In this document: positions 1 through 12,801 of the stretch, in pieces
Layout of the letters: every line of letters starts with the position of its first letter
How positions within the stretch are numbered: the first letter of the stretch is position 1
Source: Podarcis bocagei
Taxonomy: Eukaryota
Direction: 5' to 3' (one strand)
Assembly (NCBI GenBank): GCA_964188305.1
Contig: OZ076890.1
Length of the DNA stretch: 64,000 bases
Made by a program: the position numbers and the translations under genes
The notes under the pieces: generated by a model
The model's input: the letters and a program-made list of their open reading frames with translations, nothing else
Told to the model about the DNA's origin: nothing
Database searches by the model: none

Positions 1-729
1 ATAAACACTATTATTGTAAAACTGTGGCCTAAGAAGTTAGAGAGAGATTATAAGCACTGATCTCTTAACTACGGTAAATCTCTGGCATAACAGCACAAGG
101 CATTGTCTAAAAGTAGGCATCAGTCAGGTAAGAAACTATGGCATGAACTGGGGGAGGGGGAATGCAGTTAAATTGTTAATTTACCTAGAATTTAGATTCC
201 AGAAACGCTCATATACCCCTTTAACTTTATTGTTCTCTCAGATCCATGGATTAAATTTCAGCTAGGCATTAGATCTGACAGACTGCATTGTGTTGTTAAA
301 CAGAAGGAAGTCTTTACAAAGTAAGGTTTATGGATCTTTCTAAAGCTGTGCCATGCCATACTCCCCCCCCCAGCAGCAGCCTATTCATTGTATAAATTTA
401 ATAACTGGATAATGCTTTTCTTCAGAGAAACTAATGAGACGTGACAACCCACTAGGCAGTTGGACCCCTAACACTATAGCATTTGTGGCTAGCCATTTAG
501 CAGATGGTGTGACCTCATGCTTCCTGCCCAACTACAAGTCGTTTACCACAAATTCATCACTGCTGTATTAGTATGTTGTATGTACGTCAACTTAGATTTC
601 CTTAGGAAGTGTGAAGTTCTTTAAACTTCTCTTTACAATGATTCTCTCTTAGCAGTAATCTTGCTGACGTTATCCAAAAATCAACAAACTAGTAAGAGTA
701 CAGATTGAGCCCAAAAGGAAGAGAAAATA

Positions 730-1666
730 CAGTGGTGCCTCGCAAGACGAAATTAATTCGTTCTGCAAGTCTCTTCGCCTTGCGAGTTTTTCGTCTTGCG
801 ATGCACGGTTTCCCATAGGAATGCATTGAAAATCAATTAATGCGTTCCTAGGGAAACCGCCTTCAGACCAGGTCCGGGGACAGTCTGTCCCCGGACCTCT
901 TCTGAAGGCTGGGGGGGGGACAAGGGCTTTTCTTCCCACCCCCAGCATTTTAAAAAACCCCGGGACAGCGGAGGACTTCTCCCCTGTCCGGGCAATCTTA
1001 AAATGCTGGCGGGCGGCATTTTAAAATCGCCCCGGGACAGCGGAGGACTTCTCCGCTGTCCGGGGCGATTTAAAAGCCCCTGAGAAGGCAGGCAGGGGGG
1101 AAAAGATTTTTGCCCCCCGCCAGCCTTCAGAAGAGGTCCTGGACCTCTTCTGAAGGCGGGCGGGGGGCGAAAGTCTTTGCTCCCCCCGCCTGCCTTCAAA
1201 AGCCGTCCGGGACAGGCAGGCAGGGGGGAGCAAAGACTTTCGCCCCCCGCCCGCCTTCAGAAGGTGTTCCCTCCCCTCCGCCCGGCTTCGGAGCACCGTT
1301 CCGAAGCCCGGCGGCAGGGGCGGGTGTTCCCTCCCCGCCGCCCGGCTTCGGAGCACCGTTCTGAAGCCCGGCGGCAGCAGGAGGAGGCGTTCCCGCCCCA
1401 CCGCCCGGCTTCGGAGCATCGTTCCGAAGCCCGGTGGCGGCGGGAGGAGGCATTCCCGCCCCACCGCCCGGCTTCGGAGGAGGTCCGAGGACAGTGGGGA
1501 AGACGCGCTGCGCTTCCCCGCTGTCCCGGATATTTCCCTATGGGCTGTCGTCTTGCGAAGCAAGCCCATAGGGAAATTCGTCTTGCGAAGCGCCTCCAAA
1601 ACGGAAAACCCTTTCGTCTAGCGGGTTTTCCGTCTTGCGAGGCGTTCGTCTTGCGAGGTACCACTG
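730..1666. mobile_element. pogo/Tigger-like (Tc1/mariner superfamily) non-autonomous element with GC-rich internal tandem repeats
   Basis: TA|CAGTGGTGCCTCGCAAGACGA at 730 and TCGTCTTGCGAGGTACCACTG|TA at 1666: TIRs plus TA TSD. Interior made of ~55-65-bp GC-rich repeat units. Confidence 0.85.
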
Positions 1667-3464
1667 TACCACATAATTTGGGGCTAGCAGGCCATAACTT
1701 TATTGGTACTATTTCTTAAGCCATTTAAAAGAGGGGTCACCAACCCACCATCTGAGGGTGCCAGGGTGCCTACGAAGGTCTTCACTGGTGCCCTCAGGAA
1801 AGCGCTGCAGACTAAGACTCTAGTCCTCCTAGAAAAAATGTTATGAAGCAAAAAGTTCAGAAGTCTTTTGTGTTTGACGGGACTTGATCCCAGATAAATA
1901 GCTACAATATGACAGTCTAACTGGAGCCCTCAGCACACTTTCAAAATTTGAAATGTACCCCCTGGTCCAAAAAGGTTGTTGACTCCTCTCTGAAGGGATT
2001 TGCAGCTAAACGGTACATGACTACCTCCATCTATCCCAGTGCAGGTATTCCTCTTGTTGAGATAGCAGAGACCATCTCCCTTCACCTCAGTCTTCTCACA
2101 GGCCAGCTCCTCTGACTTGGAGCTAAAGTCTACTATCAACAACTTCACCAATTGGAATGAAAAGAAACCAAACAACGGCAACCGGAAACTTCCAAAAGTC
2201 ACCAACATGCTCTTGACACAACAGCCACAATCGCACAACACTCCAAACCCTAATTTGGAAGATCATGAATGAGTTAATGTTCGAATTCATACATTTCCTC
2301 CCCCCCCCCATTTGTTTCCAATTGGTGTCCAAACTGGTTTTCTTAAACCAGTGTCTGCTTGTAAACGAGGATCAAAAGATGGTTTGGGGTCTTGGTTGTG
2401 AGTAACTATGATAGGCAAACTCCCACACTAAGATCCACAAGTACATTGCCCCTGAAGTGGCAAACAAAAAGTGCAAGTTGTCTACATTTCAGCACAATGC
2501 ATTTCTTTGTAAAGTGTAAATAGATTCTGATACTACTCATCCTTTGTTTCCTATAAGCTACTGCCAAGGTTTGTTTCTTTAATGCCAACATTACAGAAGA
2601 AAGACAAACAGTTGGTAGGCTTGGACTTGTGTGGTTGGAGAAGAAAGTTTGACGTAGAAAAGGCTATAGCACTGAAATTCTTCTTAAAATTATTAGCGAG
2701 GATGGCAGCTTTCATGCTTGAAAAAAATAAAACGATCCATTCTCCTACACAGATATAATTTTCATTAAATGTTGTCTTAAAAGATTGTGAAAATGAATTT
2801 TTCAGTAAGACAACTTTGTCAGGATCTGGTTCTTAAAAGCAGGTGCTGGCATTGTGTGAGAAGCAACATAAAGCTAGATATAAGTAGACACAGCCACATG
2901 CCTGCATCCCAGAGCAGAGAGAGAGAGCCTCTTAAATGGGTCAATGAACGATAATAACCCTGCTCCCACCAGGCTTCATGCAAGTGATTCAAGGATGTAT
3001 TCCACATGGCAAGCTTCAGGTTTACAGGTTTGAGGAATTATGAGTCAGAATGTGTCTTGCTCTGTGCGTTTGCTTGCCTCCAAATAAGGGGGAAAGTGAT
3101 GAGGTGAAGTTACATGATTTATTGTTTTAATCTTTTCTGTGAATTTACAGAATAGCTTCTTTTCAAGCAACTCAAGCCTTATGTAAACATTTGGCAGGTT
3201 ATTATTGTTAGAAAAAAAGATCTTGCATTTGCTTTTGAATGGAAGTCTTTCCTGGAAGGATCTATCTCTCTTAACACAAAGAGACAAGGCAGGCACCTGT
3301 GGTCATAAGGATGACTCACAAATACAACAGTAGAACACACACTGGGGCTGGAGAAAGATATGCCTATGCCAATCAAGCAGCCACCGATTAAATTTTGTGA
3401 TTCTATTATGAGCTAAAGCCCAAATATTCAAGGGTTCATAATAAGGCCACACACCAATCAAAAC

Positions 3465-3514
<50 letters not shown>

Positions 3515-3553
3515 ATCTATACACACAGAGAGAGAGAGAGAGACAGAGAGAGA
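3465..3553. repeat. (TCTA)n followed by (AG)n microsatellites
   Basis: Direct reading. Confidence 0.95.
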
Positions 3554-3744
3554 GGGGGGGGGGGCTGACATCCAATGGTGCTAACCTGCCAACAGGATAG
3601 ATTTCCATGAATGAAATGGGGTTTCCCATTCCACTCTCATTCTCTGCAGCTCCCTGTGTGTCCACAAATCAGTTCTGGAGGGTTTGGGGAACCTGCTGGA
3701 GAACATCTGGGAGGATGGGGCTACAGGGAGGAGCAATGGAAAAC

Positions 3745-3797
3745 CCATCCATCCATCCATCCATCCATCCATCCATCCATCCATCCATCCATCCATC
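3745..3797. repeat. (CCAT)n microsatellite
   Basis: Direct reading; explains the HPSI/MDGW pseudo-ORFs. Confidence 0.95.
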
Positions 3798-4787
3798 ATC
3801 TTAACACTCTTTCCTTTACAACTAGTAACAATACCACTAAAACATTTCTAATGGCCTCGAGTAGGGAAGTGGAATAACTTCGATTCAGTTTGCAGTTGCT
3901 GAAACAATGCACAAAGCAAAGCACAAAATCCACACTTCTCCAAATTTTGCAGCACAACTCCACAGCCAAGTAATTATATATCATAAAAAATCATGGATCA
4001 GGGAAAATAGCATCCAAAAATGCATTGCTTTGCAAAATTATGTATACTAGGCTAAACTGCATACAAAAATGTGTATATCTGGACTAAAATGCTGAGTAGT
4101 TTTCATGAGGATTTTAAAAAAAAACTGCAAACTCATATCGAAATATGATTGGGAAAACTGGGAAAACTGAGAGGAACCAACACTGATATTTTCACTCATC
4201 CCTAGCCTAGAGACATAAAAAAAATCCAGAGGCCTGGTGAAACTGGCAAATTTGCACAATTTCTCTAAAATTTAGTGTAACAGTAGCATCTGTGTTCCTG
4301 AATGCTATTTTTTTTTTTAAAAAAAAAATCCTCCCATGAATGTGAAAATAAGCTATGGATCTCTTCCAGATTTTTGGTTTACGCCTAGAGCATTGACAAC
4401 AGCATTTTTAGCTCTCCTCTGGATTATTTGCATTAATGAAGTCTCAGAAATGAAAATATTTTCATTGCCAACACACTAAACACAGAATCTGCTAAAACAT
4501 CCCTGAACTATTCTAATTAGCCATCATAATTTCTTCTGAAATGTGTAGAAGCATTAAACAGAAACCCACTACACAGTGAACACATCAGTGCTAGCAGAAA
4601 GAAAATGCATTGCATTAAGTGGATTTTAGAAGGGTGGTTTTTACTACTCCTGCAGTTCGGAAACTGAAAAACTGAGCAACCATGATAATACTGAACTTTC
4701 ATCTGTTTTCAAATCCTAGACAACCTACATTCAGTATGTTGGATTAATATCAGCTGATAAAGTAGATAAAGTAATATGAAGTAAATC

Positions 4788-4972
4788 TGGAAGTGAGTGT
4801 TCCGGTTTGCAAACGCTCTTTGGAGCCCGAACGTCCGACACGGCTTCCACAACTTCCGGTTGGTTGCAGGAGCTTCCTGCAGCCAATCGGAAGCTGCGCC
4901 TTGGTTTCTGAACATTTTGGAAGTCGAATGGACTTTCAGAACAGATTCCGTTCAATTTCCGAGGGACTACTG
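4788..4972. mobile_element. partial pogo/Tigger-like MITE
   Basis: Ends in GAGGGACTACTG|TA, a degenerate copy of the GAGGTACCACTG TIR; CpG-rich interior. Confidence 0.5.
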
Positions 4973-6879
4973 TACTTTTTTGAGAATATAGTACCTGTCT
5001 AAAGTGGAATGCACTCTACAGGAAGGCTCATCTGGCGCCTTTGTTACATATCTTTAGGCACCAGACAAAAATATTCCTCTTCTCCCAGGCCTTTGGCTAA
5101 TTAAACAATCTATGGCATTTTAAACTGTGTGTGTGTGTGTGCATGTGTTGGTTTTGTTTGTTATTATGGTATGTATTTTTTTTTGGGGGGGGGTTATATT
5201 GTAAATTGCCCTGTGATCTTTGGATGAAGTGCAATATAGAAATTTAGTAAATAATAATAGCAGCATTACAGCTTTAACCCATGGTAACTAATACAGTACA
5301 TGACTAAGTTTATCTCAAAGGGGAAGTTTTCACATCCCGTTTCAGACATGTGATCAGGTTCCAGGAAGACAAAGCTATCGCTGCTGCCCATCACACATTG
5401 CTGCTGAGCTACCTTCCTGCTGGGTATCAGGAAAAAAATTCTCTTGCTAATAGTAGGAATAGCTGAAGAATAAAACAGACCAGGAGGACAACAAAACTAT
5501 TTAGATGTCATTTTTAAAAGGCTGGGTGGCTATTTTACCACCATAAGTGACCTAGACCTCCATCATATTGTCATTCTTTCCACATAATCAGTTTTATTCC
5601 CCAGCATATTACACAATAGTTTATAATGTCACAAAAATCTTTGCCTTTTAACTTTTGAGTTCACTTAAAATTCTCCCTGTTAGAACTGCAAATATGCTAT
5701 TTTATCTGAACAAACATAAGCAAAATGTTCTCCCAAAGCATGCACTTTACTTCTTTAAGCTGGTCTTCACTATTTTGTGAATGGTTGACATCTTCATAAC
5801 TTGATCTGATGAATTTTTACCCATACCTGTTGCCAATTAACTTCTGAAGGGTCTGTCAAGTTAAGATGAGTATCTTGTCCATGACAAACTGTATCCAAGA
5901 AATTAATTTTGTCCAAACACATCAAACTGTGGTTGAGGGCCATTATTAAAATTATTATTCCAAATTCCCACCCTTTTCAGAGAGGACTTTCAGCTTCCCC
6001 TTTACACTCTCCACGCTCCTTTCTTTTCAAGTTATTACAAGGGCTAACTGAATGGCAACAAAGAACTGAATAATTTCCAGAAACAGATGTTCTTTCATAC
6101 TTCCAGTACAAAACAACAACAAAAATTCCACACATAGGCAAGGTATTGAATTACACAATAAAAATCTCTACAACTAAAAGTATATAATCACAATAGTCAT
6201 ACATTTTCTACCCAGAACACATTGGCTACTGAAATTCTGCCTCATGGGGTATGTCTAAATCCAGGTCAGGTTAGCTTAGGTTAAAACTGAGAGAAGATTC
6301 ATTTCTGGCTCACCTCCAAATCAGCCTGTCCTGTCCTGGTAGATTATGTTACTTGACTCTCATTTGTAAAGCAGCTTCCTAGTTTGCATGATAGACCCTG
6401 CAATTAATTGCACCAAATGATCTCCATGTGGTGTATTTGTACATGTTCGCAAAGATAGAAAGCACTAATGAATTTCTTTGGATAAGCAAGGCAGACTTGG
6501 GGATTTTTTAATGCAACTCTGTAGATACTTTTTGGAGCTCTGTCAAGAAGTAGTTCCTTCTGAGTGTTCCCATAAATACACTGTTTCAGTCCATTTCACT
6601 CAAGCCCAGTGGTTTGATAACAGGAAAACCTCTACTTTTCTTCCCCAGGCAGCAAACAGAACTCTAGTCTCCTAGCTGTAAGAAACATCATCCATCTGGT
6701 TGATGCAACATGGGAGGCAGCTGGCTAAACCTTCCGTGTTCTAGACCCCTCTGAACTCATATATGGTTTTGCCCTGTAAATGAACTTATCCCAAGACAAT
6801 CATGCCCAAATAATCAAAGGCAAAGTCCCAGCCTGTCTTGGATTACAATCCAGGCACCTTGCAGTGTACTCCATAGGCT

Positions 6880-7739
6880 TGTGATGAGGTTCAGGCTATG
6901 TCCTCAGGAGAAGAACCATGATTACCTTATTCAGAGTTCCCCCAGCCAGAGGGCATGGCTCTGCCACTAACTCAAGGATAAGTCCCTCTATCTCCCCAGC
7001 CGTGCAGAAATCAAAGGCTACAAAACAAAGTGAGGGCCCTTTAACCAGCCAGTCAGCTCCTCCAGAGAGACAGAGCCTACTTGCTACAGGACTGGTCAGC
7101 CTACATAAGACTTCAGTTGGCTCCAGCTCCCTGGGGGGACAATTATCTCTCATAACTGTTTTAGCAGGGGCCCTTGGAATTGGCCAAGGTCCTGTTGCTT
7201 GACTGGAAACTGCTGGCCTCCCCTGTGAGCCTGAAGATCTCAAAGAACTAGATGCAACCTTTTATGACTCTGACTCTTGGACCTTGAACTGTACAGTAGA
7301 TGCCTCTGATGAGACGAAAACACAGTTTCTGGTGGTGAGAAACTTTGTTAGCTTATTCAGGGCACTTCTGGTTGGAGAACTGAGTCCAGCCATTATTCTT
7401 GGACCCAGAGGGTGTCTCCTTTCAGAACCTCTTCTTCCTCAACCTAGCAGAAGTCAAAGACTGTAAAATAAGGTGAGGACCCTTAACAGCTCCTCCAGTA
7501 AGCCAAAGCCAGTGACACTGCCAGGGGTGTCAACCTATAAAAGCCTTCAGCTGACTATCTTGCTGCTAGAACAACATCTATATTCCACTTCCTTGTGCTT
7601 CACTCAGCATGGCTCATTTGGAGCTATCCAAGGTCCTGTTTTTATGTTTTCTATAGAAGAGAGCTTCTGTCTAGATTTTAGCAGCTTGATCTGGCCTCGT
7701 CTACGGTGAATTGACTTTGTGTACCCTGACTGGTACACA
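6880..7739 (+). mobile_element. possible solo LTR
   Basis: TGTGA...TACACA termini, internal TATAAAAG near 7537, imperfect 4-bp flanks (GGCT/AGCT), composition distinct from flanks. Confidence 0.35.
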
Positions 7740-9205
7740 AGCTGTGACTTCCCTAGGCACTATTCATTTCTCCTACAAACATCAAGCACCCACACAAGTG
7801 GATTCAGATCATTCCTAGTGATCCGACACTGAAGATATGAAAGTTAAAGGGGGTCATAGCTGTTGCCCTCATCAGGCAAACTCTGTGTTTTATATTTTAC
7901 CACAAATAGAAATATATCTGTTCCTTTCATGTCATGGACTTAAAAATCACCAAACTTGCTGTGGATGCTTTTCAATAGGACCTGTGTACAGGGATAAACA
8001 TTCAGTTATGTAATGACACACCACAATAGATGCTGTTTGTTCTGATTTTGTAATAGTTTCAATCTTGAACTTTTCTCAATTGCTTCCTCTGGTATCTAGC
8101 TGAAAGACTAATGCTCCAAAAGGTGTTAAATTGCCACTTTCTTCCTCCAATTGCTGTTTTCAAATACAACAACCTGAGTACAAAGTAATTGCTGTCCTTG
8201 CCACTAGAACCTCTTTTATTATAACAAAAATGGCAACAATTTTATTGCCATGATTTTAGGAATTGAGGACTTTTGAAAAAAAATATGCTATGAAATACTA
8301 GAAACAAATGTTTCTGATTTAAAAGAATGGTTCCTTGGATTCTGGAGTGGGGCAATCCTGAATGTTCCTAAGTTATACTCGCATAACTGAGTAAAAGGAA
8401 AGGAAAGAATTAGCTGGAGGTGAAAATGATGCATAATTTTCTGAAGTACACAAAATAATTGTTTCTTCCTCTGCATTTATGAAATAAATGAGCTTAAATC
8501 CCCAGTTGAATGTATTGTGAATGAACAACAGTGGTTGTGAGCTATAGTATAAAAACTTACGTATTTCACCTCACACCCGAGGGGCATTGTTGTCCTTAAT
8601 TTACTTATTTATTTTGTTTGCACTCTGTTTATACTCTGCAGCTAATTCGTACAACACAAGCATCCAGGGTTGGATTCAGGTGCCAGCATTTCAGCAAGAC
8701 ATGATGTCTCTACAGGTGTGTGTTTCTTTATAGAAGGAATTTGCAGTCCTCCTCTTACAAACAATGACATGTGCTTATTGAGAGAGTTGTTTTGTGTAAA
8801 TGTGGTCAAGTAGACTATAATTATTTATTGTACTGCCAAAAATATACTTCACTGCAATGAAGATTTTTGCCTGAAAATCTTAATGGGATTAAAATGTGTA
8901 ATTTCTTTCAGATTCTGACAAATATGTGACAGGTAAAGTAACTATTCTTACATTTGCTGCATAAAATAAATCAGAAGCACATTTCCCATACAAACCACAA
9001 TTGACTAATGAGGGACCATTCAGTCTGACATTGTTTGAGGGAAGCGTTATTTGATGATGATTTTGTTAGTTGACAGGCTGAAGTCCTGTCCTCTCCCCCA
9101 CTTTGTTGGCTGTATATAGTATGATTTGTATTTCCTTTTATTTTGCAACAAACCAATGGTTATAAGAAAATACAACTAAAGTCGTACCTTTTGTAGGGTT
9201 TAGAG

Positions 9206-9341
9206 CAGGCATAGGCAAACTTGGCCCTCCAGATGTTTTGGGACTACAACTCCCATCATCCCTAGCCAACAGGACTAGTGGTCAGGGATGATGGGAGTTG
9301 TAGTACCAAAACATCTGGAGGGCCAAGTTTGCCTATGCCTG
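9206..9341. mobile_element. palindromic hAT MITE
   Basis: CAGGCATAGGCAAACTTGGCCCTCCAGATGTTTTGG...CCAAAACATCTGGAGGGCCAAGTTTGCCTATGCCTG forms a near-perfect hairpin. Related copies at ~20775-20890, ~33010-33133, 33562-33696 and ~48166-48306. Confidence 0.85.
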
Positions 9342-9658
9342 GTGTTCAGAGACTGTGCACACAGTCAGATATGCATGTAGATCCCATTGTAGGTGGGACT
9401 TAAAAAAACAGGGAGGCTGGGAGTGGGGGGGGGGCAGATGCGATTCCCTCCATGTTTACATTTCTACACTTTTACTAGCTTTGCAAGGCACACACATCCA
9501 TTCAATACTTGTCAGTTTGCAAGACCAGTGGGGAACAGTAAATCCTGCTGTGTACCTAAGAAACAGGCCTCTTTTTTCACTTTCTTCTGCATCACAGAGT
9601 AGCTTTCATTCACTCCAGGGCAATGCAAAGTATGTCCTTAAGAAACCTACCGTGGTGG

Positions 9659-10222
9659 TACCTTCCCCAAGAAACCAGAGGCCTTTCTCTTGGGCATTGT
9701 CGGCCAATTGGTGCCAAAGAAAGACAGAACTTTTTTTATGTATGCTACGACAGCAGCAAGAATACTCATCGCAAAGTATTGGAAGACACAAGATCTACCC
9801 ACTCTGGAAGAATGGCAGATGAAAGTGATGGACTACATGACATTGGCTGAGATGACTGGCAGAATCCGTGATCAGGGAAAAGAGACGGCGGAAGAAGAAT
9901 GGAAGAAATTTAAAATTTATCTTAAGGACTATTATAAACTTGATGAATGTTAGAATGTCGAGGTTTTGAGAAAGAAAGGGTTACAGCGATAAAAGATTAG
10001 GCTGAAGGAAAGATTAAGAGGACAGAGGCTTGACAGAAACACCTAGAAGTTGCTAAAAAACTTTGGACATTGGGATGCAGAAAGGGGAGGTATGGGGGAG
10101 TCTGAGAAACAAGGTTTATGAAAAAAAGGTTATGAAACTATACGTGTTTGTATGTCTTTTTATATGTTTGTATTGTTTTAAAAATTTTGTAAAACCAATA
10201 AAAAATTTTATATATATAAAAA
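9659..10222 (+). mobile_element. 5'-truncated L1 LINE (ORF2 C-terminus plus 3' UTR)
   Basis: 19-bp TSD AAGAAACCTACCGTGGTGG (9640-9658 / 10223-10241). ORF ...AARILIAKYWK...LEEW...W is typical of non-mammalian L1 ORF2 ends. AATAAA plus A-rich tail. Confidence 0.9.
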
Positions 10223-10837
10223 AAGAAACCTACCGTGGTGGAGGCGAAGTCCTTCCCCACCATCCCATTCCCATCAACTCCAGCCCCATCAGTCCCACTT
10301 GGAAGGGAGAAGCAGGATGCAGTTCATTCAGGAGGGCTAGAGCCAGAGTCTAGGCCACAATTAGTAAAATAGCAGAAGAGCTGCCCATAGGGGAGCTAAG
10401 GCAAGGAACAAGAGACTGGGCAGGATAGAGAAGTTGAGGGTTGTTGTGGGAGACTCTGCAGTCCTACCCCTTCTTAAATATTAGTAGAGACTCAAGATCA
10501 TGGGTAGGCAAACTAAGGCCTGGAGGCCAGATCCAGCCCAATCGCCTTCTAAATCCGGCCCGCAGACGGTCTGGGAATCAGCATGTTTGTACATGAATAA
10601 AATGTGTCCTTTTATTTAAAATGCATCTCTGGGTTTATTTGTGGGGCATAGGAATTCGTTACCCCCCCCCCCAAAAAAAAAAAATAGTTTGGCCGCCCCA
10701 CAAGGTCTGAGGGACAGTGAACCAGCCTCCTGCTGAAAAAGTTTGCTCAAGATCATGGCAGGGACTATGTAAAGTCTTATCTTCAGGAGTAGGGCTAGGT
10801 GAAGGAGGTCCTCATACTTTGAGACAACTATAGAATA

Positions 10838-10905
10838 ATAGAATAGAATAGAATAGAATAGAATAGAATAGAATAGAATAGAATAGAATAGAATAGAATA
10901 GAATA
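10838..10905. repeat. (AATAG)n microsatellite
   Basis: Direct reading; abuts a MITE. Confidence 0.95.
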
Positions 10906-11134
10906 CAGTGGTACCTCGGGTTAAGTACTGAATTCGTTCCGGAGGTCCGTACTTAACCTGAAACTGTTCTTAACCTGAAGCACCACTTTAGCTAATGGGG
11001 CCTCCTGCTGCTGCTGCTGCGCCGCCGGAGCACGATTTATGTTCTCATCCTGAAGCAAAGTTCTTAACCTGAAGCACTATTTCTGGGTTAGCGGAGTCTG
11101 TAACCTGAAGCGTATATAACCCGAGATACCATTG
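10906..11134. mobile_element. pogo/Tigger-like MITE (~230 bp)
   Basis: CAGTGGTACCTCGGG...CCGAGATACCATTG TIRs; closely similar to 48626-48867 and to the inverse of 35303-35519. Confidence 0.85.
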
Positions 11135-11816
11135 TTACAGTATTGTGAAGTTGAAAGGGACCCGTAGGATCATCTAGTCCAACCCCCTGCAATTCAGGAA
11201 TATTTTGTCCAGTATAGGGTTCAAACCCACAAACCCATGTAGTACAATGTGTCTATTTGCACATGCCTGAAATGCACCTGAGCAGGCACCTGTGAAATAT
11301 ATAGCCTTCGTTCCATCTCTCCCTGATAGAGCATGATGTCCAATTAAGTCACTGACTCACAGTTTTTACAGGTCAGATGCTAAAAATACCATGTGCCCCT
11401 TTTACCAAAGAAAAATAATTTTCTTAGACAAGGTGCATCTATGTGGTTTTTGCTGGAACAATAAGAAGAAAAAACAATTAAACTAATCAAGTGCCATTCA
11501 GAAAGGGTGGCTTTAAAATTGTGTCTCTGTACTGGGTTTCTACTTCCTGCAGTTAGTTCAGACTAGCTGCTTATTTCCCTTTTTAAAATGGGGGTATACG
11601 GCACGAATACTTCTGCTGTGTTTGAAAACGCAGGCTCCAAGGTGACTTGTGGATTACGTAATTCACATGCTTTTTACAGAATAGAACTATGCATCTTTCC
11701 TCCAGCAATGATTTCGGTCCTTAATATTCCCCATTCTTTTTCTTTCTCATCTTAGCAACAGCCACAGTGCAGCCAATCCAACATCTGCTTCCTCGCTGCT
11801 CAAGCATCACAATCCG

Positions 11817-11849
11817 AGGTTACTATCGTGCATTGACCGACAGTAACCG
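11817..11849. promoter_or_regulatory. paired DR4 LXR/RXR response elements in ABCG1 intron 2
   Basis: AGGTTA-ctat-CGTGCA (+, 11817-11832) immediately followed by TGACCG-acag-TAACCG (= CGGTTA-ctgt-CGGTCA on -, 11834-11849). Matches the GGTTA-ctnn-MGGTCA LXRE consensus; ABCG1 is a canonical LXR target. Confidence 0.75.
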
Positions 11850-12787
11850 AGCATGAGTGAGAGAGAGCTGGCTCATGCGGCGCCTCTGCTGCAATGCACC
11901 TGCTATGATAAGGACAGGCTTTTCTCGACTCCTCTAACCAGGATCAGCAAATAATTTAGGGCAAATCCTATTTTTGATCGTTTGCATCTTTAAAAGGCTC
12001 AGGGTATAGATTCTTGCAGAACAAAATATGCACTTGTTTCAATGAATGTGTCAGAATGAATTTGTAACAGTACCTCTAAACCAAACAAAACACCACACAG
12101 AAAAACCTGGTGAGTTTAAACTGGATTTTGTCAACAACTCTATTGTAAAGTCTGCTTTACCCAACTGTTTTTAAACACTGTTTTCAGTTTTAAGATATTT
12201 TAGCTAAGACGCAAGATGTAAATTACCTGATGGCATTAATTTCAAACATTGATTTTGGGAAGGTTTTAACAGTTTGGTGGCCAGCCAAAATTTGTGCTCC
12301 TTCATATCCGATAGGGAGCAAGTTTTGATTAAATGTGATGGAATTTATATTTTTATCTATATGTCGTCTTCTTTTGCAATCACTCATAGCTGAGTAAGAT
12401 TGTCTTCTATGAATATGATCTTAACAGTGTGTCCATAGGTGACTGTGGAGGCCAATTCTGGATCTCTATGTACTTCCTACTAATATAAACAAAAACAAGA
12501 GAAGAATGTTTCAGAATCTTCTTCTCAGAGGTTGCTGTATTGAAGGAGGGAAAAGTTAAGTATTGTCAGTTCAGTGGGGCTTGCATGCGAAACATTCCAG
12601 TGGATTGTACTAGAAGCATTCTATCAACCACCAAATAAGACTGGTTCACACATTCTGTTGTGAGGTGAATATCTGAGATTTTACAGGCATAACCCAGGCC
12701 TAAAAATGTAATGTGTGAACATGTTTGGAAATGTGTACAAAAATGGTACTCTCCTCAGAAATCCATGATTAATTTGTGGTCAAGTCA

Positions 12788-12801
12788 TGAACCAATGACC
12801 T
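12788..12801 (-). promoter_or_regulatory. DR2 nuclear-receptor element (RAR/RXR-type)
   Basis: TGAACC-AA-TGACCT = AGGTCA-tt-GGTTCA on the minus strand. Confidence 0.35.

Noticed and set aside
670-1719. Overlapping Pro/Arg/Gly-rich ORFs
   Set aside because: Stop-poor GC-rich MITE interior; no domain recognised.
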